Of a stretch of DNA of 64,000 nt, positions 1-9,631 are shown in pieces. The notes under the pieces were generated by a model. That model did not search any database. It was not told where the DNA came from and saw nothing but the letters and a program-made list of their open reading frames with translations. Made by a program: the position numbers and the translations under genes. The DNA lies in the NCBI GenBank assembly GCA_038824665.1, contig JAWBBK010000001.1:256001-320000 (forward strand), read 5' to 3'. Source of the stretch: Acidilobaceae archaeon. GTDB lineage: Archaea > Thermoproteota > Thermoprotei_A > Sulfolobales > Acidilobaceae. Numbering within the stretch: the first letter of the stretch is position 1; every line of letters starts with the position of its first letter.

Positions 1-186
1 GTTGTCTCTAACGTTTCCTGCTTCTTCAGCAACTAGCTCAGCTTTTAAGAGAGCTGACTGAAGAACCTCTCTGTTTCCTAACTCAAACTTAGTGATCTTG
101 GGCGGCGGAGCTCCTGCTATATATTCTACTCTAGTATACGGAGGTCCGCTGAAATGTGTGTAACACCTAGCGGGCTTCAGAGGCAC
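1..186 (-). CDS. rpl10e: 50S ribosomal protein L10e/uL16, N-terminal part (truncated by window edge)
   Basis: Manual translation from GTG at 186: [38 protein letters not shown]..., typical archaeal L10e N-terminus; not in ORF track. Confidence 0.93.
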   Translation of the reverse strand, partial: MPLKPARCYTHFSGPPYTRVEYIAGAPPPKITKFELGNREVLQSALLKAELVAEEAGNVRDN

Positions 187-202
187 GACCTAGCCCTGAG
201 GC

Positions 203-1180
203 TTAAGCTCTTAGGCTAGACCTAAAAAGCGCTCCTAAAGTCCGAGGAGCGTGACCAAGGTTTAGCTCTCTCAAGAGCTCACAAAGCCTACACGTTTCTC
301 TCTCAAAGCTCGTGAGCGCCCCACAGAGAGGACATTCCTTAAAGCTTTCTCTCATATTGTCTGTTTCTACAGAAAGCAGTTCATCAAGAAACTCCATCAT
401 CTTCAGAAGAGTTCCTGGAAGCTCTCTCTCTACAGTCAAGAGCTTCGCTCTAAGCCTAGCTCTAAGCGTAGGACGATACGTTATGTAGGGACATTCGGTT
501 TCCTGAAATCTGTAGCCTCTCAGGTAAGCGTATGTCGCGACCTCCCATTCATAGACCTTTCTCAAAGGCTTTATTCTGACAGGACCGCTCAACTTTCTTG
601 AAGTTAGAGGATGTAACTTAAGAACTCCCTTCCAATCTCCGTGCAGAAAGTTCATTAAGAAAGTCTGGATCTCGTCGTCAAGCACATGGGCTGTAGCGAC
701 CTTTCTAGCTCCAAGCTCTTCAGCTATTTTGTTCATCGCATGTCTTCTGACGACTCCACAATAAGTGCACGGAGAGTGCGGAAGCTCAAGAGAAGAAGCT
801 TTGTCTACCAGCTCAGCTAGGCTATATCCTATGTACTCTTTGAAGCTGACAACGATCAAATCCACCCCTAGCTCTCTTGTCAGCTCAAATAGACTTTCTA
901 CGTCAGAAAGTCTGTTGTAGTTCGGTATCCCCTCTACTATCGTGAGAGCTACGAAGCGAGAGCTTTTGAAGAGCCTCGGCAAGACGTCTAAGAGGACGAA
1001 GCTATCCTTACCTCCGCTAACGGCTAAGAGGACGGTATCGCCGTGCTCTAAGAGCTTCCATCTTTCTACTTCTCTTTTCACGCGTTCTCTTAAGTCTTCG
1101 ATGAAGCAGTCTCTACAGAGAACTCTCCTAAAGTGAGCCTGGTAGACAACTCCTCTTTTCCTGCAGATGTGGCACTCCAC
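203..1180 (-). CDS. tRNA 2-thiolation protein, TtuA/NcsA (TIGR00269-like)
   Basis: PP-loop SGGKDS, CxxC pairs at both ends, PCTYCGVVRR, TAHVLDD, RIKPL. Confidence 0.88.
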   Translation of the reverse strand: MECHICRKRGVVYQAHFRRVLCRDCFIEDLRERVKREVERWKLLEHGDTVLLAVSGGKDSFVLLDVLPRLFKSSRFVALTIVEGIPNYNRLSDVESLFELTRELGVDLIVVSFKEYIGYSLAELVDKASSLELPHSPCTYCGVVRRHAMNKIAEELGARKVATAHVLDDEIQTFLMNFLHGDWKGVLKLHPLTSRKLSGPVRIKPLRKVYEWEVATYAYLRGYRFQETECPYITYRPTLRARLRAKLLTVERELPGTLLKMMEFLDELLSVETDNMRESFKECPLCGALTSFERETCRLCELLRELNLGHAPRTLGALFRSSLRA

Positions 1181-1254
1181 CGAGTTCCCCTAAGGCTCAT
1201 AGAACGTCCTCAGCTTAATTTCCTCTCGAAATAGTATTCCCTCTAGGAACAGCA

Positions 1255-2049
1255 ATGGAGATAGAGAGACTCAAGACAGGCGTTCCAGGCTTCGATGAAC
1301 TCATAGCCGGAGGTATTCCTAGAGGCTTCTTCGTAGCTGTCGTAGGAGAGCCTGGAGCAGGGAAGACGGTGTTCTCTTGTCACTTTGCATGGCAAGGGGT
1401 AATAGAGGGGGATAAAGTAATATATGTGACTACCGAAGAGAGCAGAGAAAGTATACTCAGACAAGCCAAGATGTTCAATATGGATTTAGGCAAAGCTGTC
1501 GATGCCGGAAAGGCTGTGGTTATAGACGCTTTACTTAAAAGCAAAGGCGACGAGTGGAGCCTAGAGGAACTCGACTTAGAGAAGATGATCGAAAAAGTCC
1601 TGGAAGCGAAGAGGAGGCTAGGTTACGGGAGAGCGAGACTAGTGATAGACAGTATGAGCGCCTTCTGGCTCGATAAGCCGGCTATGGCTAGAAAATACAG
1701 CTACATGGTTAAGAGACTTCTCTACAGATGGGATTTCACGACTCTCTTGGTGAGTCAGTACGCTATAACTACAGCTGAAGCCTTCGGCTGGGGTGTAGAA
1801 CACGTTGCTGACGGCATAATAAAGTTCAGGAGAGTAGTGAGAGGAGGAACCCTGAAGAGATATGTGATCGTCGAGAAGATGAGACAAACTCCTCACGATA
1901 CTAGAGTTCACGAGATCGATATAATAAACGGTAAGGGAATGGTTGTCGTAAGACCAGCTGTTTTAGTTAGAGAAGATCTTGTACTTCCAGAGGACGTGAC
2001 TAAGAAGATCAGCAAAGCTAAAAGTAAGTCTTTGAGAGAACTCCCTTAA
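1255..2049 (+). CDS. KaiC-domain (RAD55/aRadC-type) RecA-superfamily ATPase
   Basis: RLKTGVPGFDEL, Walker A GEPGAGKT, LVIDS, EHVADGII, VEKMRQT. Confidence 0.9.
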   Translation: MEIERLKTGVPGFDELIAGGIPRGFFVAVVGEPGAGKTVFSCHFAWQGVIEGDKVIYVTTEESRESILRQAKMFNMDLGKAVDAGKAVVIDALLKSKGDEWSLEELDLEKMIEKVLEAKRRLGYGRARLVIDSMSAFWLDKPAMARKYSYMVKRLLYRWDFTTLLVSQYAITTAEAFGWGVEHVADGIIKFRRVVRGGTLKRYVIVEKMRQTPHDTRVHEIDIINGKGMVVVRPAVLVREDLVLPEDVTKKISKAKSKSLRELP

Positions 2050-2071
2050 CTTTTCAGATCGAGATCTTCAG

Positions 2072-2335
2072 CTAACTAGTTAAGAACGTTTCTGGCTCAA
2101 AGCTTATGAATAGTATCATGCTTCCTCTTATCATTAAAGTTCCCATCTTAGCTGTACGGTTCCTTCCGTCTTTGATCTCAAAGGAATCTTCCAGAACTAA
2201 GTTCATTAAGCTGTCGACGCTGGTAAGTCTTCCTGCATACTCCGTTCCATCTTTGAGCTTCACATAAACTAGACTGTTTAGAGCGTTTCTCAAGTATTTC
2301 AACGGAGGCTTTATTTCACTCATTTCTGTATTCAC
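2072..2335 (-). CDS. Sm-like archaeal protein (probably SmAP2)
   Basis: Sm1 motif VKLKDG..YAGRL..VDSLMNLVL, Sm2 motif IRGSMILFI; start likely GTG 2335 or ATG 2323 rather than 2419. Confidence 0.88.
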   Translation of the reverse strand: MNTEMSEIKPPLKYLRNALNSLVYVKLKDGTEYAGRLTSVDSLMNLVLEDSFEIKDGRNRTAKMGTLMIRGSMILFISFEPETFLTS

Positions 2336-2411
2336 CGCACTTCCAAGACCCCCACACAACCATAGGTTAAAAGCGCTTCCAAAACTTGGAGACTTTACCT
2401 CTATTAAAACC

Positions 2412-3815
2412 TTAAACATTTCTAAGCTTTTTATAGAGTTTCTCTGCCTCTTCTAGAACTCTTTCGTAGATAGCTTGAGTGATTAAACCTTTTGTATAAG
2501 CCTCTTCTAAAGCCTCTTTATCTATAATTTTGGGCTCTTCTCCAGCTCTTTTCACTACGTCTACGTAGAAATCCACGTACTTTATGCCTTTGTTGCTAAG
2601 TTCAGGAGGACTGTTCACATTAGCGTAGACGCCTAAGAGCTTGCCGTCAGCTTTGTAGTATTCGTGAACTATGTGCCACTCGTTAAGAGAGACCCTGGTT
2701 ATAGAGTAGTCTCCTGGTCTCTTCTCCAGACCGAGCCCATCTAGAACTCCCGGTTTCGTGAAGATCCTGCTTAACTTCATTTCGATCTTGGATTCATCGA
2801 TCTCGTAACTCTCAAGCACGAAGGGGCCTAAAGAGATCTTCTCTCCATCAGGGTATTTGTGCTCTATAACTATCTTTTTACCTAAGTTGAGCGAAAGCGT
2901 TCTAGATATCAGAGCGAGACTGGACTTCTTGTCGGCTAAACCCATCTTTAAAGCCTCTTCGAGCACATCTACGCTAGTAGATTCTAAGTCGCCTCCGCTC
3001 TTTATGCTGTGGTGTAAGAAAACAGTAGGACAAACTCTACTTCTTACTTCGTCTAAGATTTGTTTGGCTGTCGAGGTGAGACCTATTAGAGAGATGAACT
3101 CACCTCTTTTGATCACTTGTGGCTCATTTGACAAGGGCTCAGATAGAATTCTTTCAGCCTCTAGCATTAAAGTCTCTATTTCTTCTGAGATGTCCGCTAA
3201 ATCTCCAAATTTACTGTTGCTCCTAAACCTTATGTGAACTCCTTTTTCTGTCGCTATTTGTTTGGCTAAGGCTCCTAACTGAGATGCTCTCGTCAGATCT
3301 TTAATGTGCTCACTGAAGCTGACTCCAGAGCCGGGAGCGAAAACACTAGCGTAAAGTCCTACAACGGCGACTCCTGGCTTAGCTAAAGGTTTCTCACCTC
3401 TCCTAAACGCCTCTCTGACTATGTAGCTTCTAATCATAGAGCCGGGCTCAGGACAGGGAGGTTCTAGCTGTACCTCTATACCGTTAGGACCTTCAGCTCT
3501 ACACTCTCCTAAGCTTCGTACGTCCACTACAGTGTTTACTCCGAGTTTACCTCGAATCCTACTCACATAAGATAAGGAGTTGAGGATGGCTTCTTCTACT
3601 TTCTCTCCTACTTCCCAAGGATTACCTAATACAAGCAGGAGGTCTCTGTCTTCTTCTAGGTTCTTAACGGTGACTTCAGCAGGACCTTCTACTGTGGGTC
3701 TATTGAGTCTACTCTTCAGGACCTCGCTAACGTCAGCTAGAAGAAATCCTTTCTCTAACAACAAGAGACTTAAAGCTGTAGCATAAATACCTCTAACTCT
3801 AACTCTGGCAAGCAC
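2412..3815 (-). CDS. RNA-binding protein/ribonuclease FAU-1 (DUF402 C-terminus)
   Basis: VRVRGIYATAL N-terminus; GVLDGLG, YANVNSPPE, YVDFYVDVVK. Confidence 0.88.
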   Translation of the reverse strand: MLARVRVRGIYATALSLLLLEKGFLLADVSEVLKSRLNRPTVEGPAEVTVKNLEEDRDLLLVLGNPWEVGEKVEEAILNSLSYVSRIRGKLGVNTVVDVRSLGECRAEGPNGIEVQLEPPCPEPGSMIRSYIVREAFRRGEKPLAKPGVAVVGLYASVFAPGSGVSFSEHIKDLTRASQLGALAKQIATEKGVHIRFRSNSKFGDLADISEEIETLMLEAERILSEPLSNEPQVIKRGEFISLIGLTSTAKQILDEVRSRVCPTVFLHHSIKSGGDLESTSVDVLEEALKMGLADKKSSLALISRTLSLNLGKKIVIEHKYPDGEKISLGPFVLESYEIDESKIEMKLSRIFTKPGVLDGLGLEKRPGDYSITRVSLNEWHIVHEYYKADGKLLGVYANVNSPPELSNKGIKYVDFYVDVVKRAGEEPKIIDKEALEEAYTKGLITQAIYERVLEEAEKLYKKLRNV

Positions 3816-3860
3816 AGAACTCCCCGTTCGTCATCGGCTTCAATGAGGTTTTCATCAGTC
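3812..3860 (-). ncRNA. Tentative box C/D-like sRNA or mRNA K-turn element between the UPF0147 and FAU-1 genes
   Basis: CTGATGA (overlaps stop codon) - AAACCTCATTGAAG - CCGA/TGACGA - ACGGGGAGTT - CTGT; terminal D box is non-consensus. Confidence 0.35.
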
Positions 3861-4133
3861 TTTCACTGTCTCTAGAGTAGATATCACCTGCCATATTTTC
3901 GTTCTCACGTGAGAAGGCATGTTAGGGTCTTGACTTATCTCGTCTAGAATGCTTATCGCGTTAGCTGCTTTAACTCCTGGCGAGAGCTTGGAATCACGTA
4001 GTTGTGTGAGAGCGTTAACAGTTGCTCTCCTTATGTTTCTTGGCACGCTAGTATCGTTTATTATACTAGACAGAATCATGAGCACGTATTGGATTTTAGC
4101 CTCGTTTTCAACGAGTCTACTCATAGCTCTCAC
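3855..4133 (-). CDS. UPF0147 family protein
   Basis: [14 protein letters not shown] and [19 protein letters not shown] signatures. Confidence 0.9.
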   Translation of the reverse strand: MRAMSRLVENEAKIQYVLMILSSIINDTSVPRNIRRATVNALTQLRDSKLSPGVKAANAISILDEISQDPNMPSHVRTKIWQVISTLETVKD

Positions 4134-4286
4134 CTCTGATTCTCAATAGCAACAGTGTCTAGGTTCCAATCTTTTAAAATATTTGATCCTCTCAGCTTCA
4201 CAGGAAACAAGCTTGACTTTGATTTAGCTTTTAATAGTTGCTCCTATACAACCACAGAAATCGTGGTTGAGAGGTGAAGAGAAAAG

Positions 4287-5093
4287 ATGAAACTGAAATC
4301 TCGTAGACCGCTTCCTGACGTTAACGAGTTAGTAGTCTGTACTGTGACTAAAGTTCACGACTACGGAGCTTACGCTGAGTTGGACGAGTTCGCTGGAGTT
4401 ACAGCCTTCATACCGTGGAGCGAGATCAGTAGCAAGGCGTTCAGGAGAGTCGAGGAGGTTTTGAAAGAGGGTCAGAAAGTGGTTGGCAAGGTGCTTCGCG
4501 TCTATAAGGATAGAATGAGCGTTGACGTCAGTCTCAAGAGAACTCTGGAAGGCGAGAGGAGGAGGAAAATGCTCGCTTATAAGAGATACGTGAAGACTGT
4601 CATGATCACTCTCATGGTAGCTTCAAAGCTCGGAAAGACGGAAGAAGAGGCTTATAGAGAGGTAGTCTGGAAGCTTGAAGACGCTTACGGAGACCCTCTC
4701 GTCGGTCTTGAGAGAGCTCTGATAGAAGGACCTGAGACTCTTAGATCTGTAGGGATATCTGAAGAGTGGATAGTTCCTCTTCTCGAAGCAGCGGCTAAAC
4801 ATATAGAGCTGAAGACCGTTAGAGCAAGCGGTTTTCTCGTTTTACAATCTCTGGATAGTGATGGAATTGAAAAGATAAGGCGAGTGCTTCTTGAAGCTCA
4901 GAACGCTGCGACAGGAGCTCAAAAGGTTAGAGTGAGGATATATACTGTAGGAGCTCCCAGGTATAGCGTTGACGTCGAAGGCTATGATTACAAAAGCGTA
5001 GAGAAAGCGTTGAACGAGGTGGTGAAGAAAGCAGAAGAGGTTGCCAAATCTCTCGGCGTCTCTTTCGCCTTCGAGAGGGCAGAGAGGAGATGA
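4287..5093 (+). CDS. eif2a: Translation initiation factor aIF2 alpha subunit
   Basis: S1 domain ([29 protein letters not shown]), YTVGAPRY; followed by nop10. Confidence 0.95.
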   Translation: MKLKSRRPLPDVNELVVCTVTKVHDYGAYAELDEFAGVTAFIPWSEISSKAFRRVEEVLKEGQKVVGKVLRVYKDRMSVDVSLKRTLEGERRRKMLAYKRYVKTVMITLMVASKLGKTEEEAYREVVWKLEDAYGDPLVGLERALIEGPETLRSVGISEEWIVPLLEAAAKHIELKTVRASGFLVLQSLDSDGIEKIRRVLLEAQNAATGAQKVRVRIYTVGAPRYSVDVEGYDYKSVEKALNEVVKKAEEVAKSLGVSFAFERAERR

Positions 5094-5311
5094 ACTGGCT
5101 TCTCAGAAAGTGTGTGAGTTGTGGAAGATACACTCTAGCTAAAGACAGATGTCCTGTGTGCGGAGGGGAGGTGAGAGTCCCTCATCCTCCTAGGTTTTCG
5201 CCTGAGGACAAATACGTGAAGTACAGGATCATGGCCAAAGTCCAGGCTTGCTCTCAGAACGTTCAAGAGATTCAGGAAGACAAGCAGACTTCACCAAGGA
5301 ACCTCCTTTAG
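5090..5311 (+). CDS. nop10: H/ACA RNP protein Nop10
   Basis: CxxCGRYTL...CPVCG...[15 protein letters not shown]. Confidence 0.95.
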   Translation: MNWLLRKCVSCGRYTLAKDRCPVCGGEVRVPHPPRFSPEDKYVKYRIMAKVQACSQNVQEIQEDKQTSPRNLL

Positions 5312-5797
5312 CTTAAGTGCATAGGCTAGAGCGTTGGCTAAAAAGTGGGCAAGACCCGATATCACTCCTAAAACTATCACTACCTCTAGAGAAAATCTAA
5401 ATTTGGCTAGATATAGGAAAGCTATAGCTCCAACATAGAAGTTGAGTTGATCAAGAAGAGGAGCAGGAGCTCCTCTCTTGAGGCCAATTCTCCTCTTGAG
5501 GAAAGAAGAGACAAGGTCTCCCGACATAGCTCCGAGAGACGAGAAGACTCCGGCATAGGCGTAGAGAGGGTCTTCTAAAATGAGAGCTAGAACTCCTCCG
5601 ACTAGAGACCCAGCAGAGATGCCCGACATCAGTCCCTCCCAGGTTTTACCGTCTCCTAAGATCCTTCTGCCATCTAGAAACAATCTGCCTCCATCGATCG
5701 GTCTCGTTCCCTTGAATACGACAGGGATGGCGTTAGCGAACATAGCCGGAAGTATGAAAAGGAAAGCCTGAAGGTAGCTCTCAACTGTCACAACCAC
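5291..5797 (-). CDS. carS: CDP-archaeol synthase
   Basis: [42 protein letters not shown]. Confidence 0.92.
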   Translation of the reverse strand: MVVTVESYLQAFLFILPAMFANAIPVVFKGTRPIDGGRLFLDGRRILGDGKTWEGLMSGISAGSLVGGVLALILEDPLYAYAGVFSSLGAMSGDLVSSFLKRRIGLKRGAPAPLLDQLNFYVGAIAFLYLAKFRFSLEVVIVLGVISGLAHFLANALAYALKLKEVPW

Positions 5798-6342
5798 TCT
5801 ACATCTCCTCTCGATACTCTGAAGAGCATAAGCTTTCTCTCAGGCTTTAAGACCTCTAGCTTAAACCTATCTCTATCAATCTTCTCGGTTCTAGCTATCA
5901 CGTCAGCATATGAAGAGACTAAGTTGAGACCAGGACTTGTCAGAACTCCCTCTTTTTCTCTAACTTGGCCTACAGCAAACCCTCCAGTTCTCTTTAGCGT
6001 AGCGGCTACAAAGGTCAGAGCTCTTTTTCTTATAGAAGGAGGCTCGCTCAGGTAAAACGAGTTTATGCTGTCTACCACCAGATAGCGTTTTGAGAGAGCC
6101 GCTAAAGCTATCGTATGGACCATCTCATCAAAACTCGTAGCTATTTTGAACGCTCCTTCATAGAGTCTAGAAACAGCTGTTCCTACTGCCTCGGTTTCTA
6201 CGAAAAGCGGGTTCAGACCGATCCCTAAAGCTAACTTCGCTACATGTACTGCTAGTCTAGTCTTACCTGTTCCGAAAGGTCCGTATACAAACGCGAATCT
6301 ACGAGCGGCGACCAGCTGTTCAAGGTACGGATGACTCCGCAC
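5788..6342 (-). CDS. Small RecA-superfamily ATPase (RadB-like)
   Basis: VYGPFGTGKT, FVETE, LVVDSIN, GQVRE. Confidence 0.7.
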   Translation of the reverse strand: MRSHPYLEQLVAARRFAFVYGPFGTGKTRLAVHVAKLALGIGLNPLFVETEAVGTAVSRLYEGAFKIATSFDEMVHTIALAALSKRYLVVDSINSFYLSEPPSIRKRALTFVAATLKRTGGFAVGQVREKEGVLTSPGLNLVSSYADVIARTEKIDRDRFKLEVLKPERKLMLFRVSRGDVEWL

Positions 6343-6343
6343 T

Positions 6344-6895
6344 CTACCTCAGGCCTAGCTTAGTCAGCTTGCTAATGATGTTGGACCCTCTTCTCTGTCT
6401 AGTCGTAGACCTCACAGACTGAAGCTCTACCTGAGCGTCTATCAAACTGGCTAGGTTCTTCAACTTGTCTTTGTTTTTCTCTATAATGCTTGCTAGTGCC
6501 TCAGGAACTCCAAAGCTCTCTAGAGCTTCTTTTCCCTGTCCTGTAGTTCTGTACTTTTTCTTAATGGGGTCTGTTTCTAAAAATCCCACATAGGTTAGAG
6601 CGATCAAGTCGCTCTTGAGATCTGGAGAGTAGAGAGAGTCAGCCACTTTCTTAAAAGTATAGCCTAGAGGGAATCCCAGTTCTTGAACTTCTTTCGCTAT
6701 CTCATACACTGTCCTCTCGTACATAGGTCCGATCTTATCTATTATGTAGAGCAGAGTCATTTGTCTCTCGTTCTTGAGCACTTTATCTCGGGTCACTACT
6801 TGAACGCTTACTAGCTTGAACTCCTTAGTCTTAGAGGGCGTTTCTCCACTGCTTTTCTGTTGAGGCGTTTTGTCGGCTTTAGGCAAACTCTTCAC
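6344..6895 (-). CDS. Hypothetical protein, probable winged-helix (YwgA/SocA-like) fold
   Basis: GYTF...LYSPDLKSDL...GFLE...YRTTGQGKEAL pattern. Confidence 0.6.
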   Translation of the reverse strand: MKSLPKADKTPQQKSSGETPSKTKEFKLVSVQVVTRDKVLKNERQMTLLYIIDKIGPMYERTVYEIAKEVQELGFPLGYTFKKVADSLYSPDLKSDLIALTYVGFLETDPIKKKYRTTGQGKEALESFGVPEALASIIEKNKDKLKNLASLIDAQVELQSVRSTTRQRRGSNIISKLTKLGLR

Positions 6896-7040
6896 ACCAG
6901 AAGCTCTTCAATAGAGTTAAAGCTTTAAAGCTTCTTTTATCTTGAGTCGCTCTTCATAAACGAACTCAAACAGAGACATAAGGTTTTCCAGCGGTGACAG
7001 TTATTTAAAGCCGTCGGTAGCTCAAAAACCTAGCTGGAGG

Positions 7041-8936
7041 ATGAAGTTAGAGATGTCGGTGACAAAAAAGCTTATCGCAATAGCTTTGTTAACGCTTCTT
7101 CTTGGAGCGACGCTTATTCCCTTAGAAGGACAAACAGAAGTTCAACCTACTCAGAGAGTGCTCTCTGGCTGGGTCTTGGTACCGGCTGTTCAAGGAAATC
7201 AGGGAAGGCTTATCAACATGACTATTCAGATAACGTATCCAGGGTCAGGGCTTATCTCTATCGCGATCCTCGCAGATAAAGCGACTGTAGATGAGATAAC
7301 TAGATTGAGTGCTGAGCTTGCTGTCAAGATGGCAAGCATATTGGCTGGCTACTCTTGGAAGAGCTTCGATACTCATATAGAGATTCAGATCGCTACAAAC
7401 ATAACTGGCCCTAGCGGAAGCTTTGCTATTGCGCTTTTAGTGTACTCTTTGCTCTCTCTCAACTCAAACCTCTCTCTAAACCTAGCCGTTACTGGAGCCA
7501 TAACTCCTCATGGACTAGCCTCTCGAGTTGGAGGAATACCCGAAAAGTGTAGTGCATCACGTGATTCCGTTCTGGTGTTACCTCTAGTTAACGTTGCTCA
7601 GGCCACTCCTCTCTGTTATCCTAAGCCCGTTACGGGCATTCTCAACGCTACAGCTAGTCTCAATGTACTCAGAGTTCCCTCTTCAGAGCTAACCATAAAG
7701 ACGTCAACACCTCAAAAGCTGAAGTCTCTACTGGTCGAGGTGGCTGAAAACATTTCGGTAGCGACAGAGAGCGTGCTAAAAGACTTGCTTCCAGCAGCTA
7801 GAGCAAGCGTTGAGAGCAACGTTAGGTCTCTACTCGAAGAAGCGCGAAATCTTAAAGATGACGACCCTTATGTAGCCGCTAGCACAGCGTTCTCTGCTTA
7901 CGTTACTGTGCTCAACGTCCGTCATTATGAAGCTATAAAGAGAGAAGGTTTGGGCTATGTTGTTCGAGTGTTAGAATCTCAGAGAGAGAAAGCAACAGCT
8001 CTTGAGTCTAGGCTTAAAGGTTTTTCTCCACAGGGCAGTCAGCTCTACATAGAGTTTGCTAGCCTTGCTTACGCAAGACTAGCAGACGCAGTCTACCACA
8101 TAGGTGTTGTAGAGAAGAGCGCTAATCGAATGAGCGCAGAAGAGTTAGCGTCGAGACTTGCATACATTGACGGAAGGCTCGAGACCGTTAAGTACTGGAG
8201 TTTTGTAGCGGAGGCTCTAAGAGACGAAGGAGTTCAACTTTCTAGTTATACTCTTTCAGATACGTTGAACCTTCTGAGAGATTACTCAAGTACTACAGCG
8301 AGCTACGTGGTTAGCTTAGTCGAGTACGTAGTACGAAACTACCCTCTAGATGAAAACACTAAAACATACATGGCTTCGGTAGCGCTAGAGCTTAGAGACT
8401 TGGTTAGACGAGCTGAAGAAGAATATGCGAGAGACAACAAGATAGCGGCGTTAGGCTACTACAGAGAGTGTCTTTCTAAATCTCTAGACATAATGTCTCA
8501 ACTTTTAGGAGACGAGAGTCATGTTGCAAGAGAGTACTATAAAGAACTAGAACGCATCTGGACAGTAATCGCAGCTGAAGCTTTAACGAGAGGAGTACCT
8601 CTTGGAATGGCCTCTTTATACAGCTCTTATGCAGAATATAAAGCATCCAGAGGCGACTACGCTTCTGCTCTTGACCTGATGGGAGAGGCAACGATATCAG
8701 CGATCCTCTGGAGGTTGTCGACACTCTCTTATTTCGGTACTCCTTCAAATTCCGCTTCGACTCAAAAACTAGAGAAAGACGTTTCAATACAACAGCTTTC
8801 TGCATTTATTGCTTGGAGCTTGTTACTTCTCCTGTTTGGAATAGCTGGCGGTCTAGCTATCGCGACAATCGTCACATACCTTAGGCTCAGAAGAGAAGAC
8901 TATATTGTTTCAACTTTAGCTAGGTTCGAGAGTTAA
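7041..8936 (+). CDS. Membrane-anchored archaeal S16 (Lon-protease-domain) serine protease
   Basis: Signal peptide, ITGPSGS (catalytic Ser), AVTGAI, VGGIPEK (catalytic Lys), helical repeats, C-terminal TM helix. Confidence 0.8.
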   Translation: MKLEMSVTKKLIAIALLTLLLGATLIPLEGQTEVQPTQRVLSGWVLVPAVQGNQGRLINMTIQITYPGSGLISIAILADKATVDEITRLSAELAVKMASILAGYSWKSFDTHIEIQIATNITGPSGSFAIALLVYSLLSLNSNLSLNLAVTGAITPHGLASRVGGIPEKCSASRDSVLVLPLVNVAQATPLCYPKPVTGILNATASLNVLRVPSSELTIKTSTPQKLKSLLVEVAENISVATESVLKDLLPAARASVESNVRSLLEEARNLKDDDPYVAASTAFSAYVTVLNVRHYEAIKREGLGYVVRVLESQREKATALESRLKGFSPQGSQLYIEFASLAYARLADAVYHIGVVEKSANRMSAEELASRLAYIDGRLETVKYWSFVAEALRDEGVQLSSYTLSDTLNLLRDYSSTTASYVVSLVEYVVRNYPLDENTKTYMASVALELRDLVRRAEEEYARDNKIAALGYYRECLSKSLDIMSQLLGDESHVAREYYKELERIWTVIAAEALTRGVPLGMASLYSSYAEYKASRGDYASALDLMGEATISAILWRLSTLSYFGTPSNSASTQKLEKDVSIQQLSAFIAWSLLLLLFGIAGGLAIATIVTYLRLRREDYIVSTLARFES

Positions 8937-9548
8937 AAAGAAGTCCTCCAAAGTCCTTCTTCGACTCTCGTCAAGAAACAGCTTGGAGATCACGTTTTTG
9001 AAATCACTCTCCAGCTCTGACCTCAATTGTGGGTTATAGAGAGCAGCTGCGGGATGGTATGTGACAGCAATCTTTATGTCTAAGTCTTGGATCTTCGCTC
9101 TCACAACGCTTCTCCTAGCGTTTTCGACGCTGATCCACTTCAGTCCTGCCATTTCGTAGAGAGTCTTTCCGGCAACTCTTCCTAAAGCCACTATAGCTCT
9201 AGGTCTGATGATCTCTATCTGCTTTCTGAGGAAAGGATTACACGCTCTGATCTCTTCATCTATGGGCTCTCTGTTCTCTGGAGGTCTACACTTGACTACG
9301 TTGGTTATGTAAACGTCGTTCCTTCTAACTCCTATAGACTCTAAAAGCGTTGTCAGGAGTTTGCCTGCAGCTCCTACGAAAGGTCTTCCCTCTTCATCTT
9401 CTTTTCTGCCCGGAGCCTCTCCTACAAACATGACTCGAGCAGTAAGAGGACCTTCTCCTGGGACAGCGTTGGTTCTGCTTTTAGCTAGAGGACACTTCTG
9501 ACACTTACTTATATCGGCTAAGAGCGAGAGATACTCATCTTTTACCAA
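8916..9548 (-). CDS. udg: Family 4 uracil-DNA glycosylase
   Basis: CQKCPL, VGEAPG, GRPFVG, TNVVKCRPPENR, TYHPAA; PIP-like RTLEDFF tail. Confidence 0.95.
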   Translation of the reverse strand: MVKDEYLSLLADISKCQKCPLAKSRTNAVPGEGPLTARVMFVGEAPGRKEDEEGRPFVGAAGKLLTTLLESIGVRRNDVYITNVVKCRPPENREPIDEEIRACNPFLRKQIEIIRPRAIVALGRVAGKTLYEMAGLKWISVENARRSVVRAKIQDLDIKIAVTYHPAAALYNPQLRSELESDFKNVISKLFLDESRRRTLEDFFLTLEPS

Positions 9549-9631
9549 CTCTGTCCTCCGCTATAGGATTTCCTAATCGGTTTTTAAGTCTGCCAGCGAT
9601 CCGAGAAGAGATATCTGGTGTAAGGACTATT

